Source of the DNA: an uncultured Gammaproteobacteria bacterium
GTDB lineage: Bacteria; Pseudomonadota; Gammaproteobacteria; UBA6002
Direction: 5' to 3'
Length of the DNA stretch: 42,813 nucleotides
NCBI GenBank assembly: GCA_963705725.1
Contig: CAVPKM010000008.1
Location: 1-42,813, forward strand
Shown here: piece after piece, positions 21,696-32,679 of the stretch
How positions within the stretch are numbered: position 1 is the stretch's first letter
Layout of the letters: each line of letters starts with the position of its first letter
The notes under the pieces: generated by a model
Told to the model about the DNA's origin: nothing
The model's database searches: none
What the model saw: the letters and a program-made list of their open reading frames with translations, nothing else
Translations under genes and position numbers: made by a program

Positions 21696-23252
21696 TTAAA
21701 AATAAACACCTATTTGTGCCGTAAAAGTATTTCGACTGCCACCCACTGAATTAATAATGAATGGCACGGCTGTTGCTCCCCCTGCAGTATCCAAAGCGGA
21801 ATAATTTTCATCATGCCTAAACTCAAGGCTTTCTATCGTATCTTTCCAAATTGAAATATTAAAAGCAGTAAAGAAACTACTTTTGGGAAGATTAAGCGCA
21901 AGGGCTTCAGTGGTCGTTCCAAAACCCACTGCCAAAGAAGCAGGACAGCTTGCAAATTTAAAATTATAGCCTAACTCAAAATTCGAAGCAGTTGGCCTTG
22001 CGCCACCACCATCGAAACTTAAATTGTTGACCGCAAACGCCCTCGTCGTCCAAATATATTCACCGAATAGAGTAAATTTACCTATTGCTAATTCACTATG
22101 TAAATCATACGCGGGAACCGGATGCGCAAGCCACTCTGTTGCATCGTTTATTCCGAAGCCTAAAAATCCTGTAGAAGCTCCCGTGATTTGAAAGCCCGTG
22201 GCGTCTGCAATATTTCTTATATAACCACCACCGATATTGATAGAGCCTTTATCAAATGTTTTTTCATAACCAATATTGATGCCGCCTTGGTTAATCCCTG
22301 GTGCATCATCATTTGAATTCCCATGAAAGGCATAAATCGATCCATATAGGCCATCTTTATATAAACCAAGCAATAATGCACGTTCGTTTGTTCTACCCAT
22401 TGCAACCGTCAACGGTGTAGTTATCATGTTAGTCGCATAGCGGCCAAAGGGGACAAACATCTGACCAATGGTGAAATAAAGCGGGCTACAGTTCAAATCG
22501 CCCACGGTCACAAAGGCGCGGCTGACGAAGACACGCGAATTTAAAATACGTGAACCTGAGCCTGCTAGTTGAATATCAAGATTATCATTATTTAGCAAAT
22601 TAAAAGTAGCACTATCCATGCTGAGCGCCATAAAAGCATGCACATAACGACTGACTTCTACCAAGACATCTAGCCTGGCAGAACCAATATCGATATCGCT
22701 ATGGCTTGTGTCATCATCAAAAGCTTCTTGTGTAAAAACGATTCCCTCAACCTTTCCACCAAGTAGAATAATGGGTCTGTCGGGCAAGCGAATGCCATAA
22801 CAATCTAATTTTTTTTCTACCAGGACATGCTGCTTAAGAAAGCGCAAGTCTTCATTCATTGTTGGTAAATTAACGATTAAGTCTGAAGCATCAAAGGCTG
22901 AACGAATCCCTAAGAAGGGAGAGGTGGTGACGGTTGAACCCATTACTGCGAGTAAAAGTAAATTTTTAGGGTTATTCCATATTTTTGCATTGTCAGTTAT
23001 CGAATTATTCTCGCTGAATCCTGTTTCAATAGCTTCATCAATACTTTCACAATCTTTTTTGCATTTATTTTTGTTGGCTAAAGGAGCCTTGCAGGAAAAA
23101 TGACGTGGCCAAAAATTATTTTTCATGCGAACAGGGCAATGACGGACATCATCGACTTGCATGCTAGGTTCTGATTGGACATTTGCACTGAAAATTGGCA
23201 AGCTATGAAATAGAAAAAGAAAAAGCATCCCATTTATTATAATTTTTTTCAT
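21696..23252 (-). CDS. LbtU/DUF3573-type outer-membrane porin
   Basis: Signal peptide; L.VNLPTMNEDL, LGGKVEG, RAFVTVGDLN.SPLYFTIGQMFVPFGRY, SLEFRHD, C-terminal TAQIGVYF. Confidence 0.8.
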   Translation of the reverse strand: MKKIIINGMLFLFLFHSLPIFSANVQSEPSMQVDDVRHCPVRMKNNFWPRHFSCKAPLANKNKCKKDCESIDEAIETGFSENNSITDNAKIWNNPKNLLLLAVMGSTVTTSPFLGIRSAFDASDLIVNLPTMNEDLRFLKQHVLVEKKLDCYGIRLPDRPIILLGGKVEGIVFTQEAFDDDTSHSDIDIGSARLDVLVEVSRYVHAFMALSMDSATFNLLNNDNLDIQLAGSGSRILNSRVFVSRAFVTVGDLNCSPLYFTIGQMFVPFGRYATNMITTPLTVAMGRTNERALLLGLYKDGLYGSIYAFHGNSNDDAPGINQGGINIGYEKTFDKGSINIGGGYIRNIADATGFQITGASTGFLGFGINDATEWLAHPVPAYDLHSELAIGKFTLFGEYIWTTRAFAVNNLSFDGGGARPTASNFELGYNFKFASCPASLAVGFGTTTEALALNLPKSSFFTAFNISIWKDTIESLEFRHDENYSALDTAGGATAVPFIINSVGGSRNTFTAQIGVYF

Positions 23253-23324
23253 CCGTAAGGATTCCTTATGGTGGATTTTGGGGCGAAGTATAATTCATCT
23301 TACTGACAAAGGTAACTACTCCCT

Positions 23325-24368
23325 ATGCAAAAAATCACCATTGTCCAACCTGACGATTGGCATCTACATTTACGAGACGGTTCTTTGCTAAACACAACAG
23401 TGATGCATGCTGCTGCACGATTTGGAAGAGCCATTATTATGCCTAATTTAAAACCCGCTATCACTACCGTGGCGCAAGCCATGCGATATAAATTGGCGAT
23501 TGAAAAAGTCTTGCCTCCTAAAAGCCACTTTCAACCACTCATGACTTTGTACTTAACAAAAGAAACTACTGCTGCAGACATTATTGCCGCTCACCACAGT
23601 CGAATTATTTTTGGTGCTAAACTTTATTTTGCTGGCAGCACTACGCATTCAGAAAGCGGAATTTCAAAATGGCAGCAGCTTATCCCTGTACTGAGCGAAA
23701 TGGAAAAAGTAGACCTACCGTTACTCATTCATGGTGAAACCCCCCACCCAGAAATAGATATTTTTGACCGAGAAGCGCGATTTATTGATGATAATTTGGA
23801 GGCCATTATCACTCGGTTTCCACACTTAAGGATAGTGCTCGAACACATTACGACCAAGGAAGCGGTACAATTTATCTCTTCCTGTAATCATCCCATCGCT
23901 GCTACTATTACCGCTCATCACTTATTGCTGAATCGCAATGATCTTCTTACGGGCGGAATCAGAACCCATTATTATTGTTTGCCCATTCTGAAAAGAAAGG
24001 AACACCAGGAAGCATTAATTCAAGCAGCGACCAGTGGTATTAAAAAATTTTTTCTAGGGTCCGATAGCGCGCCTCATTCCCTAGAAAAAAAAGAAACCAC
24101 TTGTGGTTGTGCCGGCATTTATACTTCTCATGCCGCCATAGAACTTTATTGTGAAGTGTTTGAAGAGATGAATGCGCTAAATAAATTAGAGCAGTTTGCC
24201 AGTCTCAATGGCCCCGATTTTTACCGCCTGCCTATAAACGCAGGCCAGCTCACATTAGTTAAAGAGGACTGGCAAGTGCCAGAACGCTACCCATTTGGTT
24301 CTTCTTTTTTAATCCCATTTCGAGCAGGTTCAACTATCTCCTGGAAAATAACTACAAAAAATGAATAA
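23325..24368 (+). CDS. pyrC: Dihydroorotase (homodimeric type)
   Basis: PDDWHLHLRDG, IMPNL, LEHITT, YCLPILK, FLGSDSAPH, CGCAG. Confidence 0.97.
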   Translation: MQKITIVQPDDWHLHLRDGSLLNTTVMHAAARFGRAIIMPNLKPAITTVAQAMRYKLAIEKVLPPKSHFQPLMTLYLTKETTAADIIAAHHSRIIFGAKLYFAGSTTHSESGISKWQQLIPVLSEMEKVDLPLLIHGETPHPEIDIFDREARFIDDNLEAIITRFPHLRIVLEHITTKEAVQFISSCNHPIAATITAHHLLLNRNDLLTGGIRTHYYCLPILKRKEHQEALIQAATSGIKKFFLGSDSAPHSLEKKETTCGCAGIYTSHAAIELYCEVFEEMNALNKLEQFASLNGPDFYRLPINAGQLTLVKEDWQVPERYPFGSSFLIPFRAGSTISWKITTKNE

Positions 24369-24966
24369 AAAAGTAATATCAAAAAGATTTCGCGGCTTTT
24401 ACCCTGTTGTCGTTGATTTAGAAACAGGCGGGTTTAATCCATTAACCGATGCCTTATTGGAGATGGCTTTTGTGACTTTGTCATTAGATGAATCCGGTCT
24501 GTGGCATCGAGAACAAACCTTTTCTTGCCATGTTTTGCCATTTGATGGCGCCAATTTGTCACCCGCATCCTTAGCTGTAAATAAAATCGATCCTTATCAT
24601 CCTTTCAGATTTGCTATTCCAGAAGAACAAGCACTTTCAGAAATGCTCAAACCTATCCACGATAGGCTGAAAAAATATCGCTGCCAACGCGCCGTATTAG
24701 TGGGCCATAATCCTTGGTTTGATTTAAGCTTTTTACAAGCAGCTGTTAAGCGATGCCATATCACCAATAATCCTTTTCATTCCTTCACAACATTTGATAC
24801 GGCAACACTCGCCGCCGCAGCTTATGGTGAAACTATTTTAGTCAAAGCCTCGCTTGCCGCTGGATTGGATTTTGATCACAATGAAGCACACTCTGCTATT
24901 TATGATGCAGAAAAAACCGCAGATTTATTTTGTACGATTATTAATCGCTGGCATGCAAATAAGTAA
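24361..24966 (+). CDS. rnt: Ribonuclease T
   Basis: RFRGFYPVVVDLETGGF, LVGHN..FD, NPFH.F..FDTATL, AHSAIYDAEKTA. Confidence 0.96.
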   Translation: MNKKVISKRFRGFYPVVVDLETGGFNPLTDALLEMAFVTLSLDESGLWHREQTFSCHVLPFDGANLSPASLAVNKIDPYHPFRFAIPEEQALSEMLKPIHDRLKKYRCQRAVLVGHNPWFDLSFLQAAVKRCHITNNPFHSFTTFDTATLAAAAYGETILVKASLAAGLDFDHNEAHSAIYDAEKTADLFCTIINRWHANK

Positions 24967-24991
24967 CTTAATCAGAGATCAGTGGATTAGT

Positions 24992-25164
24992 GTCACTGTT
25001 CAGCACACATGCTTGAAGTCGCTAAACGTTCAGATTTTAGCTAGATTCGGACAAAAAATTTAATTAATAGCGGAGCAATACTGAAGTAGGTGAGCAGTTT
25101 TAATTAAATTTTTTGTTCGAAGATGGCAAAATATGGACGTTTCAACCCTGTGCTGAATAGTTAC
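24992..25164. mobile_element. Full-length 173-bp palindromic MITE with 16-bp TIRs and 8-bp TSD
   Basis: TIRs GTCACTGTTCAGCACA and TGTGCTGAATAGTTAC (14/16 complementary); inner 22-bp stem 25046-25067 with 25100-25121; GGATTAGT duplicated at 24984-24991 and 25165-25172. Confidence 0.9.
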
Positions 25165-25243
25165 GGATTAGTTTTCATTCAAGGTCTGCCCGGATAGTGT
25201 TAGACTTATCACTCATTACAATTTCATTCAGAGGTAATTTTTT

Positions 25244-26515
25244 ATGCAGGAGCAGGATCAGCTAATAAGGGCAAACCGTTTTCTACCTTGGTTCATGTGG
25301 GCGCTGGCAACAGCCTTCTATTGTTATGAAACCTTATTACAAGTATCGCCTGGTGTTATGGTTTCAGACTTAATGAAAGCGTTTTCTGCTAATGCCTCTC
25401 AACTTGGCTTGTTAGCTGCTGTCTATTTTTATGCTTACTCTTCAATGCAAATTCCTGTTGGCATTTTAATTGATCGCCTTGGCCCTCGCCGATTGCTGAC
25501 CATTGCCACTCTAACCTGTGGAATAGGAACCTTAATCTTCGGTTCTGCTCATTTCTTATTGCTAGCAGCGGTTGGCCGCTTATTCATTGGTCTGGGATCT
25601 GCCTTTGCCGTCGTGGGTTGCATGCATCTTTGTGCCACATGGCTGCCACTGCGTTTTTTCGCTACTTTAACTGGCATTATGGTAACCATGGGTATGCTCG
25701 GAGCAATAGGAGGAGAAGCACCACTATCTTTAATGGTTGGCCATTTTGGCTGGCGGGAAAGCCTCATGATATTCGGGATAGTTGGCTTAATATTGAGCGT
25801 ATTAATGTGGTCCTTTGTCAGAGATAAAAAGGTTATTCCCATTGAAAACAGTAAACAAACCCCATTATTTTCTGGTTTAAAGTTGATCTTGCGTAATAAA
25901 CAAAATTTAATCGTCGCAACTTATGGTGCATTAATGTTTGCGCCTACCACAACATTTGGAGGCCTATGGGGCGTTCCCTTTTTAATGCAATTTTATCACT
26001 TAAAACGGCCTATCAGCGCGACCTTAGTTTCAATGCTGTTCATCGGCTGGGCAGTCGGTTCCCCATTTTTTGGTATGTTATCAGATCGAATTGGCCGCAG
26101 AAAATTTCCTATGGTGATTGGAAGTTACGGGGCCCTAATTACACTCGTCATTATTTTGTTTGTTCCCCATCTTCCTCTTTTTCTACTCGGTGCGTTACTA
26201 TTTTGTTTTGGCCTATTTTCAAGTGGATTTTTACCCTCTTTTTCTATTATCAGAGAAATTAACCCATCTTACGTCAATGCAACCTCAATCGGCTTTATGA
26301 ATGCTTTTAATATGCTAACTGGCGCCATACTCCAGCCCCTTGTCGGCTTTATTTTAGATCTAACCTGGCACGGAGGAATGGTTAACGGCGTTAGAGAATA
26401 CACTATTAGCAGTTTTCACACGGGTCTCATTCTTTTACCCATCGGCTTATTAATCGCCATACTTATTCTCCCTTTTATTAAAGAAACGCATTGCCGGCAA
26501 CTATCTCTGACTTGA
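25244..26515 (+). CDS. MFS transporter (resembles the Pht phagosomal nutrient transporter type)
   Basis: About 12 hydrophobic segments; motif A twice (GILIDRLGPRR, GMLSDRIGRRK); YSSMQIPVG, GLWGVPFL. Confidence 0.88.
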   Translation: MQEQDQLIRANRFLPWFMWALATAFYCYETLLQVSPGVMVSDLMKAFSANASQLGLLAAVYFYAYSSMQIPVGILIDRLGPRRLLTIATLTCGIGTLIFGSAHFLLLAAVGRLFIGLGSAFAVVGCMHLCATWLPLRFFATLTGIMVTMGMLGAIGGEAPLSLMVGHFGWRESLMIFGIVGLILSVLMWSFVRDKKVIPIENSKQTPLFSGLKLILRNKQNLIVATYGALMFAPTTTFGGLWGVPFLMQFYHLKRPISATLVSMLFIGWAVGSPFFGMLSDRIGRRKFPMVIGSYGALITLVIILFVPHLPLFLLGALLFCFGLFSSGFLPSFSIIREINPSYVNATSIGFMNAFNMLTGAILQPLVGFILDLTWHGGMVNGVREYTISSFHTGLILLPIGLLIAILILPFIKETHCRQLSLT

Positions 26516-26526
26516 TTATCAGGCTA

Positions 26527-26561
26527 AATAAAAAAGCCCTTCTTTGAAGGGCTTTTTTATT
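26527..26561. terminator. Bidirectional Rho-independent terminator
   Basis: Perfect inverted repeat AATAAAAAAGCCCTTC-TTT-GAAGGGCTTTTTTATT between convergent genes. Confidence 0.93.
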
Positions 26562-26563
26562 CT

Positions 26564-26594
26564 ATAGCTTTTCAGCACATGCGCTGATAGTTAC
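26564..26594. mobile_element. Collapsed MITE copy (two fused TIRs)
   Basis: ATAGCTTTTCAGCAC-AT-GCGCTGATAGTTAC matches both TIRs; no TSD recognisable. Confidence 0.65.
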
Positions 26595-26596
26595 AA

Positions 26597-27220
26597 TTAT
26601 AATTCCTGGGCATTATCTGCTAGAAACTGAGCAATCCCTTTAGGTGAGGCCGTAATTGCTGCCTTACCCTTATTCCAATTTGCTGGACAAACTTCGCCAT
26701 GTTCTTCATGAAACTGTAGTGCATCAATGAGACGAATACTTTCATCTATATTACGCCCTAGTGGCAAATCATTGATATTTTGATGTCGAACAATTTTTTG
26801 TTTATCAATCAAGAAAGTGCCACGTAAAGCGACTCCAGCTTCTGGATGCTCAACACCGTAATCTCTGCAAATATGATGTTTGATATCTGCAACCATGGTA
26901 TAACGAACGTGTCCTATTCCGCCTTTTTCAATCGGAGTATGACGCCATGCACTATGAGTAAACTGAGAATCAATAGAAATAGCAATGACTTCTACATTTC
27001 GTTGTTTAAACTCTTCAATTTTCTTATCAAATGCAATCAATTCAGAAGGGCATACATAGGTAAAATCAAGCGGATAGAAAAAAATCAAACAATACTTGCC
27101 TTCAATTGCATCATACAATCGGAACATATCAACAATTTCATTATTCGCCAATACTGCCGAAGCGCAGAAATCAGGGGCTTGCTTCCCCACTAAAACAGTG
27201 CTACTACTTAATACATTCAT
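26597..27220 (-). CDS. Typical 2-Cys peroxiredoxin (AhpC/TsaA)
   Basis: FFYPLDFTYVCPSE, INDLPLGRN, HGEVCPANW. Confidence 0.95.
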   Translation of the reverse strand: MNVLSSSTVLVGKQAPDFCASAVLANNEIVDMFRLYDAIEGKYCLIFFYPLDFTYVCPSELIAFDKKIEEFKQRNVEVIAISIDSQFTHSAWRHTPIEKGGIGHVRYTMVADIKHHICRDYGVEHPEAGVALRGTFLIDKQKIVRHQNINDLPLGRNIDESIRLIDALQFHEEHGEVCPANWNKGKAAITASPKGIAQFLADNAQEL

Positions 27221-27306
27221 ATTTAACTCCAGTTCAATTTAGGTTTATCCCCCAGAGTATATCATTTTCACCTTAAAGAAACATTACCTATTGCGAGAAA
27301 GCAAAC

Positions 27307-27334
27307 TTGACAGTTATCATGTTCTGCCTACACT
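27307..27334 (+). promoter_or_regulatory. Putative sigma-70 promoter of sodB
   Basis: TTGACA (27307-27312), 16-bp spacer, TACACT (27329-27334). Confidence 0.5.
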
Positions 27335-27362
27335 AAAATCTGTAAATCTATGAGTAAAAGGA

Positions 27363-27954
27363 ATGAATATGACTTTTGAATTACCTCCATTACCGTATGC
27401 AATGAACGCACTGGAACCTTATATCTCTGAAGAAACACTGCAATATCATTATGGCAAGCACCACCGGGCTTATGTTAACAAATTAAATGAGTTAATTCAG
27501 AACACAGAATACAGCGATCTCTCTTTAGAAGAGATTGTTAAAAAATCTCAGTCTGGTCCTATTTTTAATAATGCTGCACAAGTTTGGAATCATACTTTTT
27601 ATTGGCATTGCATGGCCCCCAAGGCAGGTGGAGAACCAGATGGAAAACTTGCAGAAGCTATCCACCGCGCTTTTGGTTCTTTCGAAGAATTTAAGAAAAA
27701 ATTTAATCAAGCTGCCACAAGACAATTTGGTTCAGGCTGGGCATGGCTTGTAAAAAAATCTCCAGAAGAAGTTGAAATATACAGCACTTCCAATGCAAAT
27801 ACGCCACTTGCAGAAAACAAACAGGCCATCCTGAACCTGTGATGTCTGGGAGCATGCTTACTATATTGATACACGTAATGATCGTGCAAAATATGTTGAA
27901 AATTTTTGGCAAATCGTTAACTGGGATTTTGCTGCTAAAGAATTTAGCAAGTGA
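27363..27954 (+). CDS. sodB: Fe superoxide dismutase with one frameshift near 27833
   Basis: [28 protein letters not shown]; removing one base restores (T)[23 protein letters not shown], stop at 27952-27954. Confidence 0.93.
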
Positions 27955-29304
27955 CCGCATCCGTCACGCCAAGAGAACATTGGAAATCAAAACTAGGATT
28001 TATTCTCGCGGCGACTGGCGCAGCAGTAGGATTAGGGAATATTTGGAAATTTCCCTACATGGCTGGAAACAATGGTGGCAGCGCCTTCGTTCTCATCTAT
28101 TTAATTTGTGTCGTCTTTATTGGCATCCCCCTTATGCTGGCAGAAATGTTAATCGGAAGAAGGGGGCAAAAAAATTCTGTCAACACGCTTTATCAACTCG
28201 CCATTGAAGCAAATCGCACTCCGAGCTGGCAATATTTAGGCTGGCTTGGTGCGATAACGCTTGTCTTGGTTCTATCCTTCTATAGCGTCGTAGCCGGCTG
28301 GTCAATCGCTTACTTGTTTCGCGCATGGAAGGGCAGTTTTCATCTGCTAAGCGATGTAGCAATTAACAACATGTGGCAGGAATTTTTAAGCCACCCCCTA
28401 TCGCTGATGATTTGGCATGGGCTTTTTATGTTCATCACCATGTGGGTTGTTGAAAGGGGTGTTCAATCTGGATTAGAACAAGCTTCAAAAATTCTAATGC
28501 CGGGCCTATTTTGTATTCTTATATTGCTAGATGTTATGCTTATTCTATGCAGATTTTACCTCGGGATTCAATTTTCTCTTTGCTTTTAAAATTCAAAAAA
28601 TGTCTCCTGAAATCATCATTTCAGCAATGGGCCATGCATTTTTCACCCTAGCAATTGGCGCAGGCTGCATGCTTGTTTATGGCTCATATTTAACAAAAGA
28701 TATAAAATTAAGCACAGCGGTAATCACCATTGTGATTTTAGATGTATTAGTCGCAATTTTAGCAGGACTTGCCATTTTTCCGCTGGTTTTTGCCCATCAC
28801 CTCACGCCAGAGGGAGGTCCAGGATTAATGTTCCAAGTCCTGCCGATTGCTTTTTCTACCATGCCATTTGGTCAATTCTTTGGTGGATTATTTTTTCTTT
28901 TATTATTATTTGCTGCCTGGACCTCTTCGATCTCGATTGCCGAACCGCTTGTTATTCTGCTAACCGAGCGTCATGGTCTTAGTCGGCTGACCGCATCCAT
29001 CACGGTAGGGTTAGTAGGCTGGCTGTTAGGGTTAGCGTCATTGCTATCGTTTAATGTTTGGAAAGATTATAAAATATTTCATCATTGGACTATTTTTGCA
29101 GCCATTACAGATCTCACGACTAATATATTATTACCACTTGGTGGACTAGGCTTTGCCCTGTTTGCAGGATGGGCCATGAAAAAACAGGCGACAAAACAAG
29201 AACTCCAATTAGGTCGCAATTTATATTATCTATGGCATTTCCTAATTAGATACCTCGTCCCCGCCGGCATCATCTTGGTTATAGTTAAATATTTAGTTAG
29301 CTAA
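27951..29304 (+). CDS. Sodium-dependent transporter (NSS/SNF family) with one frameshift near 28540
   Basis: [53 protein letters not shown] split over two ORFs; GTG start overlaps the sodB stop. Confidence 0.9.
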
Positions 29305-29331
29305 TCCTTTAAATAGTCTTTACCAATTTTT

Positions 29332-30407
29332 TTATAAAGTCGCCCCCAAAGAAGAGGAGCTCACTTCTTCATCAACTTCTTGCTCTACATCTTGCAAATA
29401 GCGATCAACATCCTCAGATAAAATCATTAATTTGTTTTCTGAGTCATTAATGCTTCACTGCCTTCATTTTTTCTGTAATTTCAGGTGTGATCAACGAAGT
29501 ACTTTTTAGAAAATATCTGGTTCTCTGTAGATCACTAAAAATTATTTCGAAATCGCAGCCTAACCTTTCTTCAAAAATCTTATAACCTTGTTTACAATTT
29601 CTGAATATATTTTCACGGTTTCTAGAGGTACATTTGTGCAATACACACGAGCCTCTGCCGTTGATTTTTTTAAAAAGCTAGAAATTGCAATATGTAATGA
29701 TTCATGTATCATACTTTCAATAGAACGTAAATTTTCAGCAGACAGGCAACTTATCTTCACTTTCTCAAAAATATTTTTATATCTTTGAATGTTTTTTACC
29801 TCAAGCACCATGCAGATTGGACGATTCGCAATCCAGTGAAATGGCGATTCTTTTAAAGCAGGCAAGGTTTGTTTATATCGAATTTGGTCAAGCATTAAAT
29901 ATGAAGCTTGTGCATATAACCCTTTTGCTTCGTCATCTGTCATAAGCTGCCCTGGGTTTTCGCCCAATAAATTTTTTACAGGCAGCGCTCCTAACTCGAT
30001 CAATCGCACAGCAACTTCACCTTGATTATTTCTACAAGCAACGTGAAGAGGTGTGTTACGAGCATCATCTACTATATTAATATAGGCGCCATGCTCAATG
30101 AATAAATCCACAAGATCAGCCATTCCATGCCCTGCAGCAAAATACTAAGTACTCCTTGACCGTTATATTCTGCTGGACCGGGGGTGTGAATACTTTGAAT
30201 ATAAGGAAGTAGGTGATGAATAATTGAACGTTTTCTATCTGCTACCGCTTGAAGTAAGGCCAAATCATAATTTAAAGATAATATTGACTCAATTATATTT
30301 GGCGCCTGCAGCCTAATCGCTTCATTTAATTCCGGATATTGGGTCGGTAAAATTTCATTCCATTTTGACGCTTGTGCGAGAGCTAAGATTTCTTCTAGGG
30401 TTTGCAT
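29332..30407 (-). CDS. Ankyrin-repeat protein, candidate secreted effector, with about three frameshifts
   Basis: RBS AGGAG before ATG 30407; FAAGHGMADLVDLFIEHGAYIN..NTPLHVACRNNQGEVAVRLIELGA; reconstructed C-terminus ..DVEQEVDEEVSSSSLGATL* ending at 29332. Confidence 0.75.
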
Positions 30408-30483
30408 GAATTTACTCCTAATATTATGGTTATAAGCAGGGATGTAAATCGTTCCATGATAAGAAAGGGGTTGCCTCATTTCT

Positions 30484-31215
30484 TTAGAGAATATTCTCCA
30501 ATCCATATACTAAGCTTTTCAGCTCGAGTACCTTTCGGCAAGCCAACAAAACACCAGGCATGAAGGCTTTACGATGGTAAGTATCATGACGCAAGGTTAA
30601 TGTTTGACCTACGCCGCCAAAAATCACTTCTTCATGCGCCACTAATCCTGGCAGTCTCACAGAATGAATGTGAATGCCATTTTTAATTGCGCCTCTTGCG
30701 CCTGAAATTATTTCATTTTCTTTCTGAGATATCGGTGACTCTTGTGCATGAGGCCTAATCATCTCCGCCGTTTTAATTGCAGTGCCAGAAGGTGAGTCAA
30801 TTTTATCATTATGATGCAACTCGACAATTTCTACATCTGGAAAATACTGGGCAGCATCTTTAGCATAACGCATTAGTAAAATCACTCCAATCGCAAAGTT
30901 CGGAGCAATAATCCCTCCCAGTTGCTTTGTTGCAGAAAGTTTTTGTAATGCTGTGATCTGATGAGGATGGAATCCTGTCGTACCAACAACAGGATGCGCA
31001 CCTTGTTTTATAATCGTCTCGCAATTTTCAAAAGCCGCATAAGCCGAGGTAAAATCAATCACAATTCTCGCATTGGTGCTATAAATAGCTTCTGCTAAAT
31101 TGTTATCGCGGTAGAGTTTACCTACTAATTCGAAATCTGGTGCTTTTTCTATGGTCTTGATCACCTCTTGACCCATTTTTCCCGCTGCGCCATTGATCAG
31201 TACTCTTGTCTTCAT
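30484..31215 (-). CDS. dapB: 4-hydroxy-tetrahydrodipicolinate reductase
   Basis: [44 protein letters not shown]; ATG overlaps the gcvPB stop. Confidence 0.96.
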   Translation of the reverse strand: MKTRVLINGAAGKMGQEVIKTIEKAPDFELVGKLYRDNNLAEAIYSTNARIVIDFTSAYAAFENCETIIKQGAHPVVGTTGFHPHQITALQKLSATKQLGGIIAPNFAIGVILLMRYAKDAAQYFPDVEIVELHHNDKIDSPSGTAIKTAEMIRPHAQESPISQKENEIISGARGAIKNGIHIHSVRLPGLVAHEEVIFGGVGQTLTLRHDTYHRKAFMPGVLLACRKVLELKSLVYGLENIL

Positions 31216-32669
31216 TTTTTTCCTTCCGTTGACCAAACTATATCTAGTTCACGAGCCGCCTTTACCTCATTTAACCTTTTAACCGGCAGGTGATGCGGGG
31301 CATTTTTGAGAATCGTTGCATCGGTTTGCGCTTCATTAAGAATCTTACCCATTGCAACAATAAAAGCATCTAGGTCTTGCTTTGATTCGGTTTCGGTTGG
31401 TTCAATCAGGAGACATTCGGGCACCATCAAGGGGAAATAAATAGTTGGCGCGTGAAAGCCATAATCTAGCAACCGTTTAGCAAAATCAAGTGCCGTTACC
31501 CCCAACTCACGAACCTGGCGACTTAACGTTAAAATAAATTCATGCGTCGCACGACGAGCAGGAAAGGCTGGATCAAATCCTAGTTGACTGAGCTTTTTGA
31601 GTAAGTAATTTGCATTTAATGTGGAGAATTCAGACACCCGCTGCAAACCTTTTGCTCCTAACAAACGAATATAGATATAGGCTCGCATCAAAATAGCCGC
31701 ATTACCTAAAAAAGTTGAAAGTTGCCCAATTGATAATGGTCTATCTTGCTGACCCGCTAAAAAATATTGCTCCCCCTTTCTTGCTATCATTGGCGTTGGC
31801 AAAAAGGGTTTAAGTCGATCATTCGCTGCCACGGGCCCTGAACCAGGACCTCCTCCACCGTGAGGTGTCGCGAAAGTTTTATGCAGATTTAAATGTACCA
31901 CATCAAAGCCCATATCACCTGGCTTCACCTTGCCTAATATAGCGTTCAAGTTAGCGCCATCATAATAGAGTAGCCCCCCCACCTGGTGAACTAAATCTGC
32001 AATTTCTCGGATGCGCCGTTCAAAAACCCCTAAAGTAGAAGGATTAGTTAACATAATTCCCGCTGTTTGTGGGCCAAGCGTATCTTTAAGTGCAACCAAG
32101 TCGACATCACCATTTTTTAATGTTGGTATTTCTCTGACTTGATAACCACACATCACCGCTGAGGCTGGATTTGTTCCGTGAGCAGCATCCGGCACAAGAA
32201 TTTCTGTACGCCCTTTATCACCATTTTGATCATGGTAAGCCCTAATCATTGCTACCCCTGCAAATTCGCCTTGCGCGCCAGCCATAGGAGTTAAAGAAAC
32301 CTCTGTCATGCCGGTTAGAGCTTTTAAATATTCTTGTAGCTCAAATAAGCAAGAAAGAAAACCCTGACTTTGACTGCATAAGGTATAGGGATGCCGTTGA
32401 CTCAGCTTTGGTAAACTCACTAGCTCTTGGGCAATTTTAGGATTATATTTCATCGTGCAAGAGCCAAGCGGATAAAAATTCGTATCAATCGAAAAATTTT
32501 TACAGGAAAGGCGAGTAAAATGGCGTATCACTTGTAACTCAGAAACTTCTGGCAATAAGGGCTTTGAGGTTCTCAAAAAATGCTGAGGAATATCGCTAAT
32601 ATCAAATTTTTCTCTCGGAGCTTGAAGATCAGCACGGCGATTCGGGGTTGAGATTTGAAAAATTACCAT
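31212..32669 (-). CDS. gcvPB: Glycine dehydrogenase subunit 2
   Basis: [54 protein letters not shown]. Confidence 0.96.
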   Translation of the reverse strand: MVIFQISTPNRRADLQAPREKFDISDIPQHFLRTSKPLLPEVSELQVIRHFTRLSCKNFSIDTNFYPLGSCTMKYNPKIAQELVSLPKLSQRHPYTLCSQSQGFLSCLFELQEYLKALTGMTEVSLTPMAGAQGEFAGVAMIRAYHDQNGDKGRTEILVPDAAHGTNPASAVMCGYQVREIPTLKNGDVDLVALKDTLGPQTAGIMLTNPSTLGVFERRIREIADLVHQVGGLLYYDGANLNAILGKVKPGDMGFDVVHLNLHKTFATPHGGGGPGSGPVAANDRLKPFLPTPMIARKGEQYFLAGQQDRPLSIGQLSTFLGNAAILMRAYIYIRLLGAKGLQRVSEFSTLNANYLLKKLSQLGFDPAFPARRATHEFILTLSRQVRELGVTALDFAKRLLDYGFHAPTIYFPLMVPECLLIEPTETESKQDLDAFIVAMGKILNEAQTDATILKNAPHHLPVKRLNEVKAARELDIVWSTEGKK

Positions 32670-32679
32670 TTGACTCTCT

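Noticed and set aside
27830-27842. Programmed frameshift or readthrough in sodB
   Set aside because: No slippery heptamer; one extra base explains it.
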